A stretch of 64,000 nucleotides of DNA from a virus (taxonomy: Duplodnaviria > Caudoviricetes): positions 224,001-288,000 of the IMG/VR virus record IMGVR_UViG_3300024331_000007; one strand, written 5' to 3'. The translations under genes and the position numbers were made by a program. The notes under the pieces were generated by a model that was not told where the DNA came from, made no database searches, and worked only from the letters and a program-made list of their open reading frames with translations. Each line of letters opens with the position of its first letter. Position 1 is the stretch's first letter. Below, piece by piece: positions 52,468 through 62,015 of this stretch.

Positions 52468-52899
52468 ATGTCCTTCAAGACTCTGAATCTTAAGACAGAT
52501 TACGAGAAGATTACCCATTTGTTTTCAACTTTCTTTAAGAAAGAACCACAATGGGCAGTTGTCGCCGAAACCGATTTGGCGTTTGCCGCACCAGTTATCA
52601 ACACAATTATATCGATGACGAAGGAAGCACAATCCGATCCTTCTGTGGCATTGGTTTTATCATCCATAAAGAAAGATTTAGTTCTGGCTACCAAATTCAT
52701 TCAAGCCTATGATAATAGCGTGAATCTAATCGATGTTCTTAACTCGCTAGTAGTAAATCTTCAAGGTTTTTTAACTCTTCCAACAATCCAAGGCCACGTA
52801 CAATTTTCTGATATTTCTGCATATGTGAACGGAGTGCTAGGCGAGATTCAAATGATTCAGGGTTCAATGCCCACAACACCTATAACACCAACAGTCTAA
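52468..52899 (+). CDS. hypothetical protein
   Basis: AAAGGAG SD, 143 aa. Confidence 0.6.
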   Translation: MSFKTLNLKTDYEKITHLFSTFFKKEPQWAVVAETDLAFAAPVINTIISMTKEAQSDPSVALVLSSIKKDLVLATKFIQAYDNSVNLIDVLNSLVVNLQGFLTLPTIQGHVQFSDISAYVNGVLGEIQMIQGSMPTTPITPTV

Positions 52900-52916
52900 T
52901 TCATCGTTCACTATTC

Positions 52917-52946
52917 AAAAGCAGGGAGTAAAATCCCTGCTTTTTC
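52917..52946 (+). terminator. intrinsic terminator
   Basis: AAAAGCAGGGA-gtaaaa-TCCCTGC-TTTTT. Confidence 0.8.
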
Positions 52947-52973
52947 TGCGCCTAAATATAGGTGAGGGAAGAT

Positions 52974-55304
52974 ATGTCCGAAAACAAAAGAATAGGAAGC
53001 CGACCAGCGCCTTACATGAAAACCGAAAACAACGGGATGTTCTCAAGTCCCGGTCCTTTTATCGGTATCATAAAAAACAACATCGACCCTACCTGCGCTG
53101 GAAGACTTCAAGTATATATTCCACAGTACGGTGGCCCTGATGAAAATGATCCGGGTAACTGGCTAACTGTGTCTTATTCAAGCCCCTTCCGTGGGCAGAC
53201 GCGCCAACGCGCCAATTTGAATTGGTATGTTGATGGACATTTTGATTACACCACAACTGATGGACCAATTCAAGAAAACAGTTTTCAAAGTTATGGTTTC
53301 TGGTTTGTTCCGCCTGATTTAAATGGTCGTGTACTTTGTTTCTTTGCCAACAGCGATCCTTCGCAAGGGTATTGGACTGGCTGTATTCAAGATTCTATGG
53401 ACTCGCACATGGTTCCTGCCATCGGCGCTGTTCCTGCCGCAAATACAAATAATCCCGGTGGAGGTGGATACATATGGCAACCATCTGGCGCAAATGCCAT
53501 TCCATCTCATGCAATGTTGCAAAACTTTATTCAAATTTCTGGAGATGGACAAACAGAAATTCCGTTCCGATTACCAGTCAGCGAACCTGTAATTACAAAT
53601 CAGGCAAACTCAAGTCCATCTACGCCTTTACATGTTTTAATGGTTCCTCAGGTTTATCAAACCCTCCAATTGGGAATGCAGGGACTTGCGTTTGATTTTG
53701 TCAGAGGATCAACAAGCGCATCGAGTGTTAGAGAAAATCCAAGTCAAGTATTTGGTATCAGCACACCGGGCCGATTAACCAGTTTTGCTAATGCTGCGCT
53801 GAGTCAAACTCTCATAAATCAACTATCATCTTTTATAAACTCAGGTCAAGCCTCTGGAAGTGCCGAGGGACAAAGTTTAGCGAAGGCTCTTGGATGTTTG
53901 TATCGTACTGGCGGTCATCAATTTGTAATGGATGATGGTTCCGTTGAGGGTCAGGATCAGGGTATTCGTATTCGTACAACTGGCGGAAACGAAATCTTAA
54001 TGGATGATACAAACGGACAAATCTATATTATCAACGGTCCCGGTACGGCATGGATTGAATTGTCACCATCGGGTTACATCGATGTCTTTTCTTCTAAAGG
54101 TTATTCTGTTCGTAGTCAGGGCGACATTAATTTTCACAGCGATCAGAACATTAACTTTAATGCAATTGGTAAAGTACAAATGCATGCGGATAGTGATATC
54201 TCAGTTGATAGCGGAGGAAAGTTTACTACTCGTAGTACAAATGGTGCGACCATATATGACAAAGCAAGCGCACAGATTGGGACTGGAGGAGCACTCACCG
54301 TTTCTGCTAAGAAGGCTGAATTTAATACAGGCGCTGAGTTCAACGTACAAGCCGCATCAGTGCAGCTACCGGGTAAAGCTGGAACGGTTAAAGACCCCGG
54401 CTCTCTGCAATTAAACAAGCAGATCGAAGTTGCTAAACAATCCGGGTCACAGGCTTGGTGGCAGAAAGGAACATTCAAGTCTATTACCTCTCGCGCACCT
54501 GCACATGAACCTTGGCCCGGTCACGAAATTAATGGTATTAAAACAACATCAGTTCCACAAGGAAATGCTTTGGGGACTCCAATTCAACGTCCACAATCTG
54601 GATCAACAAGTTCTGGCGTTCGCGGAACTAACCTCGGCCAATCTGTGAATGAATCTGATATTGCCACTCAACCATTAACTGGACCTTTATGCGGACTAAC
54701 TGTTACTCAGACCCAAGCATTTCTTGCCGCACTAGGTAAGATTGAATCTGGCTGGCCTCAAAATAGACCGGGGATTGGCGGTACTACAACGTGGCAGATT
54801 AGCAATGGCGGAAAAGGCTACTACGCCGTCAACCAACTTGGATTCACTGGAAAATACCAATTTGGTGGTGCTGCGCTGGAGACATTCAAATTTTTGAAGC
54901 CGGGAAGTTCAGCAAACAATACAACAGCCAACGCAATTAACAATCCAGCAAATTGGACTGGTTTCATGGGATGCAATAATGCTGTTGATTTTATGAACAA
55001 TGGATCAGCCCAAGAAGCACTCATCATGTTAATGATGAAAGCCAACTGCAAACTATTAACTAAGTGGGGAATCCTAACTCCTAATAGCTCAGCGGAAGAT
55101 GTTGCTGGATATTTGGGAGTTTGTCAGTTAGTAGGCGCGGGTGGATGTTTGACATATTATCGTCAACAAAATCCCGGCAGTCAATTATACGGCGCTCCAA
55201 CTGGATCATTTTCAACATCTGATGCCAATGGAAGTTCAGCGGGAAGATATTTCGCAATTTCCAGCAATGCAATTCTATTGAGTAATAGCTCGTCTCAGGC
55301 ATAA
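52974..55304 (+). CDS. baseplate central spike (T4 gp5/VgrG-like) with C-terminal lysozyme-like domain
   Basis: OB-fold signature IDPTCAGRLQVYIP...SYGFWFVPPDLN.RVLCFF; RTGGHQFVMDD / RTTGGNEILMDD beta repeats; IESG...NQLGFTGKYQFG muramidase-like segment; TAAATA 52953-52958. Confidence 0.8.
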   Translation: MSENKRIGSRPAPYMKTENNGMFSSPGPFIGIIKNNIDPTCAGRLQVYIPQYGGPDENDPGNWLTVSYSSPFRGQTRQRANLNWYVDGHFDYTTTDGPIQENSFQSYGFWFVPPDLNGRVLCFFANSDPSQGYWTGCIQDSMDSHMVPAIGAVPAANTNNPGGGGYIWQPSGANAIPSHAMLQNFIQISGDGQTEIPFRLPVSEPVITNQANSSPSTPLHVLMVPQVYQTLQLGMQGLAFDFVRGSTSASSVRENPSQVFGISTPGRLTSFANAALSQTLINQLSSFINSGQASGSAEGQSLAKALGCLYRTGGHQFVMDDGSVEGQDQGIRIRTTGGNEILMDDTNGQIYIINGPGTAWIELSPSGYIDVFSSKGYSVRSQGDINFHSDQNINFNAIGKVQMHADSDISVDSGGKFTTRSTNGATIYDKASAQIGTGGALTVSAKKAEFNTGAEFNVQAASVQLPGKAGTVKDPGSLQLNKQIEVAKQSGSQAWWQKGTFKSITSRAPAHEPWPGHEINGIKTTSVPQGNALGTPIQRPQSGSTSSGVRGTNLGQSVNESDIATQPLTGPLCGLTVTQTQAFLAALGKIESGWPQNRPGIGGTTTWQISNGGKGYYAVNQLGFTGKYQFGGAALETFKFLKPGSSANNTTANAINNPANWTGFMGCNNAVDFMNNGSAQEALIMLMMKANCKLLTKWGILTPNSSAEDVAGYLGVCQLVGAGGCLTYYRQQNPGSQLYGAPTGSFSTSDANGSSAGRYFAISSNAILLSNSSSQA

Positions 55305-55935
55305 TCAAACGATGTCAGATAGCTTTGTTCTACTGATGCTGGAAATTCTTTTTGATTGATCCACGTTTCGGCAACCGTCTTTTCTGAGTCAGCATGACCA
55401 ACCCATTCGATTGTGAACGGCATTTGGTAGAATGTATGATACTCGTCACGAGTGAATATTCCGTAGAATGTTCCATACGGGGAGTCCCAACTCAAAACAT
55501 AGAAAGGTTCCAACGATCCCATATCACTCATAGATGATAATACCTTTCTCCTTGATTTTGTTTAGTTTGAGTATTTGTATACTCATTTTTACTCAGAACT
55601 TTATGCATCCATACCCGATGAAAGCCAAACTCTTTTAACTTTGCTGCGTCTTTCCCACACATCTTATATGTGTCTGGTACACCAAATATCTCCAAGCTGT
55701 AATCATAATAGTCATAAGAAAAGTCTTCCCAAGCGAATGGCTTAAGAAGACTATCCAATAAATCACACAACTCAGCATCAATCTTTATCTGTAGAATCTG
55801 TAAATGAAATAAGTCTTCTGCTCTACTTTGTGGTTTAATCGAAGTCGAAGGTTGTAAATCCATTTTCTTTGACCACCTTGCAAATGCTTGTGCATTTGCT
55901 GATGAGTTCGTCTTTATGGCTGATGAGCCAAACAT
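55295..55935 (-). CDS. two hypothetical proteins: 55295-55531, 55528-55935 (true start probably later)
   Basis: ORF track, downstream of the Rad50-like gene. Confidence 0.5.
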
Positions 55936-57619
55936 CTTTGTGATGTTCGCGACTCATATCTCTCAACAACTTCACGGCGCTATCTGTTCCGTTGCTATCA
56001 ATACCAGCATCAATCGACTCATCGATCATAAGAATACTTATCTTCTGGAACAAACTTTCCCACACATCACGGAACGAAAAACTGAGACCAAGACTGAGTC
56101 GCGCCATCTCTCCACGAGACAGGTTACCGGGACTCAATTCTCTGCCGAGTTCTGTAATACCAACCGATAAGTCATTTTGGAATACAACCTCGTGAGGTAA
56201 ACCTAGAGCCGTCAGATAATAATTCAACCTCGCATTCAAATAGTTGAGGTTTTGCTCAATGATCTTTTTACGAATAAAGCTGTCCTTGTTAGTTAATAAC
56301 TTCTGCAAAAATTCCTGATGATCAATAAATCTTGCATATGCATTCAGTTGGGTTTTATCTACATCCTCCAATGCGGAGTTCTTCATGCTATCAATCTGTG
56401 AACCATATGGATCAACTTCATTTTGTTTTTGCTGATATTCCTGAGTTAGAAGCATCAACTTATTGCGATGGGCGTGGGCCTCATCAAGGGTGTCATAGTT
56501 TCGAGTTTCGGGCTTATTGGTAACAGGAATCTTTTCAATCTCCGCTGCCAATGCATCCAAACTTTCATTGATAATAGCCAGTTCTTGTTTGCTTGCTTCA
56601 AGCTTAGCTGATGCTTCAATTACTAATTCACCATGCACGTCTGTTGCAAGTTTCTGCTTGCATGTTTGACAACACTGTTCTTTAAGACTATTCAAGTCTT
56701 CTTCGATCTGCGCCAGAATCTTTTGCTCTTTGCTTTGAGCCAATTGCATCTGGGCCTGTTGCTGTTGAAGGTTACTTCTATCACGCTCAGAGTCGTTGTA
56801 TACTTCCCAACTGGCATGCAACAATAGTTCGTTGTCAATGTCAATCTTTGATAGCTTCTGAATCTGCTTATCCAACTTAGCCAGATTTGCTTCCTTTTGC
56901 GTTTGCCACGCTTTCTGTTTCAGAATGAGACTATCAATCTGCTTCTGTATACGTTTATTAGCATCCTCCACCGCTTTTATTCTCGCCTCTTCCTTAGTCA
57001 TTGTTTCGCGAGCAATCTTGATTTCTTCCTTCAACTGCTCAGCCTTTTCGCTGAGCAATGTGATACCAAGAAGCTGTTCGATGATTGTTCTTTGATCGGC
57101 AATCTTCTGGAACAGGAACGGTTGTGTGTAAGTATTAATGGCAACGATCTGACAGAACATGTCATGACTCATGCCAATGACTTTTTCAATTTCCTTCTGT
57201 GTTTCGCGACTATCTCCCTGAGAAGAATCTTCAACTTCATGTTGAGACTTTGGGAGGTCCTTTAGTTTGTTTATACCATCTTCGTAAAATTCAAGTATTC
57301 GGGGCTTCAACCCGCGCACAATACGATAGTTCTTACCATCAGATTCAAAATCCAATGTGACCACCATATTCTTTCCATTTGATGTATTGACAAGATGTTC
57401 TTTTTTGATTTCGGAAATCGGCCAACTAAACAATGCATATGAGATTGCGTTAACCAACGCAGTTTTACCAGTTCCATTTCTTGAACCAGAGTCCTCTCCT
57501 CCCAAATCTAAGTTTTCGCCTAAAATCAAAACTAGTTCATTGCGATTAAGATTTATAGCCTGAGTTGAATTTCCGACTGAAAGAAAATTACGAATTGCTA
57601 CATTCTTTAATTTAATCAT
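55835..57619 (-). CDS. Rad50/SbcC-like recombination ATPase (T4 gp46-like)
   Basis: Walker A GSRNGTGKT, coiled coil with central CQTC zinc hook, signature LSRGE, Walker B LMIDE, LISH. Confidence 0.95.
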   Translation of the reverse strand: MIKLKNVAIRNFLSVGNSTQAINLNRNELVLILGENLDLGGEDSGSRNGTGKTALVNAISYALFSWPISEIKKEHLVNTSNGKNMVVTLDFESDGKNYRIVRGLKPRILEFYEDGINKLKDLPKSQHEVEDSSQGDSRETQKEIEKVIGMSHDMFCQIVAINTYTQPFLFQKIADQRTIIEQLLGITLLSEKAEQLKEEIKIARETMTKEEARIKAVEDANKRIQKQIDSLILKQKAWQTQKEANLAKLDKQIQKLSKIDIDNELLLHASWEVYNDSERDRSNLQQQQAQMQLAQSKEQKILAQIEEDLNSLKEQCCQTCKQKLATDVHGELVIEASAKLEASKQELAIINESLDALAAEIEKIPVTNKPETRNYDTLDEAHAHRNKLMLLTQEYQQKQNEVDPYGSQIDSMKNSALEDVDKTQLNAYARFIDHQEFLQKLLTNKDSFIRKKIIEQNLNYLNARLNYYLTALGLPHEVVFQNDLSVGITELGRELSPGNLSRGEMARLSLGLSFSFRDVWESLFQKISILMIDESIDAGIDSNGTDSAVKLLRDMSREHHKDVWLISHKDELISKCTSICKVVKENGFTTFDFD

Positions 57620-57649
57620 TCGCCTACCTGAATCACTTCGATTTATTCA

Positions 57650-58042
57650 TTATACAGCATCAAAGAAATCGTTCATAGTAATTTCTTTGGGGATAGATAG
57701 AATCCCTCGCCATTCATCAGGGATAATAACATTAGAAGGAACGTTGGAAAACATTGGAGCAATTTGTTCGTCCTTGTATCCTGCATTCATACAACCAATT
57801 CGAACCAAATCAAACATGTCTTCTGGATGATCTATTGCATACTGAATAAATGTTTGGACACTACCATTTATTTCATCTAATGATCGTGTAATGTATGGAG
57901 TCTTTTTGGTGGCTATACCATAGCTGTTACCCTGTCTTCCTTCGCCTTGTCCATAAATTGCTCCATGATGTTTCAAAGCAATAAGAGCAGACCCTTTTCC
58001 GTGCCTGCCCTCAAGATTAGAACCAAAAACGTAAACCCTCAT
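57650..58042 (-). CDS. small phage protein of the FVFGSNxxGxHGxG type
   Basis: VYVFGSNLEGRHGKGSA...GEGRQGNSYGIATK...VRIGCMNAGY. Confidence 0.65.
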   Translation of the reverse strand: MRVYVFGSNLEGRHGKGSALIALKHHGAIYGQGEGRQGNSYGIATKKTPYITRSLDEINGSVQTFIQYAIDHPEDMFDLVRIGCMNAGYKDEQIAPMFSNVPSNVIIPDEWRGILSIPKEITMNDFFDAV

Positions 58043-59061
58043 TACAAGCCCTTGTAAATCTCCAGAAGAAGATTGGAATCATAGAACTCACTGGAAATAT
58101 TTAGTAACTGCCCTTGTACGATTGTATCAACGGATTGAAATTGAATATTACCTCCCGGTGCTAAATCGTCGCTGTGTAAATCTTTCTTCATTGTTACCAA
58201 ACTGAGTTCGCGAAGTTCGTATTCCTCAATTAAATTCTCTTTGAGATATGTCGCTTCTTCATATGAAACATCTGTATCTAAAAACAGCTTTATATATCCC
58301 TGACGAGGGAGAATTGAAGGATCGGAAACTAGATCGCTTATTTTCATAGTGCGATATTTTGGTGCTTTGGGCCACGGAATATATGTTGGTTCCTCACCCC
58401 ACGGCAGAATCATCATGCCACGATTGTCATCGCCTGCATCACCGAAGTTGTGCGGGAATGCATTACCAATGTATGATATATTACCTCGATGCTGACGCAT
58501 GTGGAAGTGACCCGTAAACACATGATGGTATTCCGAAAATTGATCGGCTCGCAACTCTCCGACTTCTGGCATTTCTACCATAGCATTCATCAAAAATTTT
58601 GGAAGCTCGAAGTGACCAAACATGTATGTGCCTTTCTTCTTAAAAAGCTGTTTATGCTCATTGCCAATTAACCACGGCACAAACACAACATCATCAATTG
58701 TTTCGATATCATTGATGATTTTAATGTTTGGAATATGTTCAGCCCATGCAATGCTGCTGATTGATCTTTGGTCACGATAGAAAAGGTCATGGTTACCGGG
58801 AAGCATGATAATACGATCAAATGCATCGCTCAGGATACGCAAACCCCGCAGGCCATAATTCATTGTAACCAGATTTGTGTTGTTTCGATTGTGAAAATAA
58901 TCTCCGAGAAACAGACAAATGTCACATCCGTTTTTTTGTGCCTCGCCCACAAACCAGTCCATATAATCAAGACAATCTTGATTGTGAAGTTGGCTGTTCG
59001 TTTTAAGACCCATGTGAATATCTGTAAAAACTGCCGCTTTCTTGAATAGTTGTGTCATCAT
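58042..59061 (-). CDS. Mre11/SbcD-like nuclease (T4 gp47-like)
   Basis: Metallophosphoesterase motifs DIH, GDYF, GNHD, GHF, GHFH. Confidence 0.95.
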   Translation of the reverse strand: MMTQLFKKAAVFTDIHMGLKTNSQLHNQDCLDYMDWFVGEAQKNGCDICLFLGDYFHNRNNTNLVTMNYGLRGLRILSDAFDRIIMLPGNHDLFYRDQRSISSIAWAEHIPNIKIINDIETIDDVVFVPWLIGNEHKQLFKKKGTYMFGHFELPKFLMNAMVEMPEVGELRADQFSEYHHVFTGHFHMRQHRGNISYIGNAFPHNFGDAGDDNRGMMILPWGEEPTYIPWPKAPKYRTMKISDLVSDPSILPRQGYIKLFLDTDVSYEEATYLKENLIEEYELRELSLVTMKKDLHSDDLAPGGNIQFQSVDTIVQGQLLNISSEFYDSNLLLEIYKGL

Positions 59062-59798
59062 TCCTCAAATTTTTCTAATGTCTTTTCTAAAATACGTTGC
59101 CATACATCTTCCCATACATCATCTTCATTTGAATGCCAACCAGATGCCGAAAAATATGTTCGCCAGTTGATATTTGGGTCATCATATGGCTCTTTCATAA
59201 GGCAATAATCTGTTATGTCTCCCTCCGCATCGTAATGCACATGGATAAAACAATTGGGGTATATTGCCAAAATCTTGTTTTTAGTTTCTTCTACATCCAT
59301 ACTAGTTCTCAAACTTATCCAGCATTGATTCTTGAATCCAAAACCATGCTTGTTTCCAAGCCATCCTTTCTGTTTTATGCCAGCCACTGTACTGCATCGA
59401 TCCATATCCCAAAGTTGATACAAGTTTTTGGTTAGTTTTGGTTTCAAATATACAATATTCTCCCGTCCAACGCCAGCATTGTGCGGTTGGGTAAATTTCC
59501 AAAACCTTATTTTTGTTGCTTCGCATTAGCCCCCAAATTTGGCCAAGGTTTCTATTTGAATGCGTTCATATGCATCACGCCATGCCAGTTCACTCGAATC
59601 CTGCCATCGACTGTAGAATTGGGGCCAAGTTGCAAATACTTCATTTCTCATTACTTGTTCCATCATCTGTGGTGGAATGTCCATCACACAATAAGAATAA
59701 TTCATCATGAAGCAATGCGCGTTAGGGTAAACCCGCTGCACATAATCTTTATAAAAATCAAGATTCATACCCACCATCGTAGCTGGCAGATGAATCAC
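59058..59798 (-). CDS. three family-A proteins, outlier cluster: 59058-59447, 59302-59526, 59526-59798
   Basis: ILAIYPNC / VLEIYPTA / VQRVYPNA...[VA]W...LEKFEE / LDKFEN / LAKFGG. Confidence 0.8.
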
Positions 59799-60663
59799 GA
59801 TTAGTTCGACTATAGCTTGGATTCATATTGTTTTGGATTAGCAAATCGTCTCGAATTGCCTGATTCTTTTTCTCTATGTTTAATATACGCAGGAAGCTAT
59901 TATGAGAAATTTGGGTGAGGAAGGCAAATGGATTTTGGCTCTTACTCTCGTCAAATTGCAAAGCAACCTGACACAATTGTAGCACAGCTTGGCCCTGCAT
60001 TTCCTCACGATAAGAGTAATTTCGCCAGTTACCCTTCAGTGCGTACTTTTCGGTTAGCTTCATAAGCATGCGAGCTAACTTTTCAGTCATCTCTCCGTGT
60101 GTTTTTGAAAATTCACCCGTATCAAATGCGCCAATCCAATGACTTTTTCCAACGATGAATGCCTGTCCCTTCTTAGTCAATCGATAATGAAAGAATGGAG
60201 GGAAATTAACTCGAACATGGTCGGCTTTTACTGTTGTGAGTGATTCCTTAGCCAAAACAGCAACCATTTCGGTTACTTCTGAATCTTCAATATCCTCTTC
60301 GGGGTTTAATTCATCAAAAAACTTGTTCAGGCTTTCACTACGGGCTGCTGGTGCTTTAGCGGTCTTGGTTGTTTTCGCTATTTTTGGTGGAAGTAACGGT
60401 ATATGTTGCCATGTCATGATTCTGAACACCAAATCTTGTTCAGAAATGGTTTCTGGATCGAGTTTAATTCCTTCTTCCTTAAAAATTCTAGTTGCACGAG
60501 TAACTTTGGCCTGAGATATAGAGGACGCATTGATTTCATCAACTGATGGCAGGATGATGTCGTACTGGTGGTCTTTCTCAGCATTCAAAAACGAACAATA
60601 TGTATTTTTTGAAAGATGGATTTCCTTTAGTAAGTCTTTATTGTTTAGATAATTCTGTTTAAT
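59758..60663 (-). CDS. late-transcription sigma factor (T4 gp55-like); start extended to a putative ATT codon
   Basis: LARMLMKL...KGNWRNYSYREEM...QFDESKSQNPFAFLTQISHNSFLRILNIEKKNQAIRD matches gp55-type sigma. The frame stays open upstream of TTG 60588 through KQNYLNNKDLLKEIH. Confidence 0.75.
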   Translation of the reverse strand: MKQNYLNNKDLLKEIHLSKNTYCSFLNAEKDHQYDIILPSVDEINASSISQAKVTRATRIFKEEGIKLDPETISEQDLVFRIMTWQHIPLLPPKIAKTTKTAKAPAARSESLNKFFDELNPEEDIEDSEVTEMVAVLAKESLTTVKADHVRVNFPPFFHYRLTKKGQAFIVGKSHWIGAFDTGEFSKTHGEMTEKLARMLMKLTEKYALKGNWRNYSYREEMQGQAVLQLCQVALQFDESKSQNPFAFLTQISHNSFLRILNIEKKNQAIRDDLLIQNNMNPSYSRTNRDSSASYDGGYES

Positions 60664-60716
60664 GACGCGCCTCCGAAATGCTCGGTTTATGGATGATAAA
60701 TATTAACAACAGGTAT

Positions 60717-60745
60717 AGTGTAACTCATCTATTACTAGGGGTCAA
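60717..60745 (-). promoter_or_regulatory. sigma70-type promoter for the late sigma gene
   Basis: TTGACC-17nt-TACACT; GGAGG SD at 60670-60674. Confidence 0.65.
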
Positions 60746-60751
60746 GAAAAA

Positions 60752-61687
60752 TTGTCATCAATTCCTACATTACCGTCTTTTGCAACGCTCGCTCCAGCAC
60801 CACCAATGAGTGACTTTTCGGCGCTTGACCCTACTTCTAGCCGCCTTAGTTCTCTTAATTTCCCTGCTCCAACATCCTCAACACCGATTGTAACATTGGC
60901 AGGCGCACCCATGAATGACAAGCGAGTTAGAATTGCTATGTTACCCGGTAGCCCAGCAATTTTCTACAAGGATCAAGGAAATCCTCTGCTATATAACTAC
61001 TTAGGCGCGACTAACGGAGTTCTATTTCCGTTTCAACCAAAGGTTGATATATCATTCTCAGCCAATTATCAAGCTCAGAAGGTTACACAGAGCAATTTTG
61101 TTTTCTACAGTTACGAAAACAGTGAATTGAAACCATTTGATCTAACATGTAACTTCCCAGTTCGTAATCCATTTGAAGGTCAGTATGTTATTGCCGCAAT
61201 AACCTTCCTTCGTAGCCTTACAATGATGTTTACGGGTAACGACAATAATTTTGGCAACAACGGATTAGACCTAGCTGGTTCTCCTCCTTTGGTAGTTAGC
61301 CTACAAGGAATGGGTTTTGGTGGGTTGGACTACGTACCTATTGTGGTATCTAATGTTACTACAAGCTATAGTGATGATGTTGACTACGTGACCATCACAT
61401 TGCCGGGTGTGGCTAATTTGGCTAATGAAACCATCAAGCTACCATCAATGCTTTCGATTTCTGTTAGCTGCATTCCAATGTTCAGTCGAGCATTCGCTTC
61501 ACAATTCAGCGCACTAGACTTCTCTACAGGCGCTCGACGTTTGCTTGGCCCTGCGGGTGCTGGTTCAGCCCGTTCTGGTGCAGATGTTTCGGTTAGTGCT
61601 GGTGATTTACCAACGCTCAATACTACATCAGCGGATTTATCTAATTTTCAAATTCAAGAAGAAAGTATTCAATCACTGGGTATATAA
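60752..61687 (+). CDS. tail tube / baseplate junction protein-like (T4 gp48/gp54-type)
   Basis: GVLFPFQP.V...Y...Q.N..FY.Y...AAITFLRSLTMM...GSPP pattern; first gene of the baseplate module; TAAATA at 60697-60702. Start uncertain (TTG). Confidence 0.55.
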   Translation: MSSIPTLPSFATLAPAPPMSDFSALDPTSSRLSSLNFPAPTSSTPIVTLAGAPMNDKRVRIAMLPGSPAIFYKDQGNPLLYNYLGATNGVLFPFQPKVDISFSANYQAQKVTQSNFVFYSYENSELKPFDLTCNFPVRNPFEGQYVIAAITFLRSLTMMFTGNDNNFGNNGLDLAGSPPLVVSLQGMGFGGLDYVPIVVSNVTTSYSDDVDYVTITLPGVANLANETIKLPSMLSISVSCIPMFSRAFASQFSALDFSTGARRLLGPAGAGSARSGADVSVSAGDLPTLNTTSADLSNFQIQEESIQSLGI

Positions 61688-62005
61688 ATGGCACAAAATA
61701 GTCCAACATATAGCAGCAAAAGCGTATATTATACCACACCGCTGGATTCGCAAGGCAGACTCAGTCTGTGGACTCCGCGACCTGTACCATCATCTATAAG
61801 CGACAAGGTGGTAACAATATCGGCTGTCTATAATCAACGTCCAGACCTATTAGCGCATGACTTGTACGGTGATGCTCGTCTCTGGTGGGTTTTTGCGCAG
61901 CGAAATCCAAACAGCCTAGCCGCTGATCCTCTTGGTAATTTTGTTACTGGTATTCAAATCTACATACCAGATGCAAATGCCTTAAAAACATCACTGGGAA
62001 TATAA
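61688..62005 (+). CDS. baseplate wedge gp53-like / LysM-like tail protein
   Basis: YNQRPDLLAHDLYGDARLWWVFAQRNP. Confidence 0.75.
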   Translation: MAQNSPTYSSKSVYYTTPLDSQGRLSLWTPRPVPSSISDKVVTISAVYNQRPDLLAHDLYGDARLWWVFAQRNPNSLAADPLGNFVTGIQIYIPDANALKTSLGI

Positions 62006-62015
62006 CGGAGCATAG

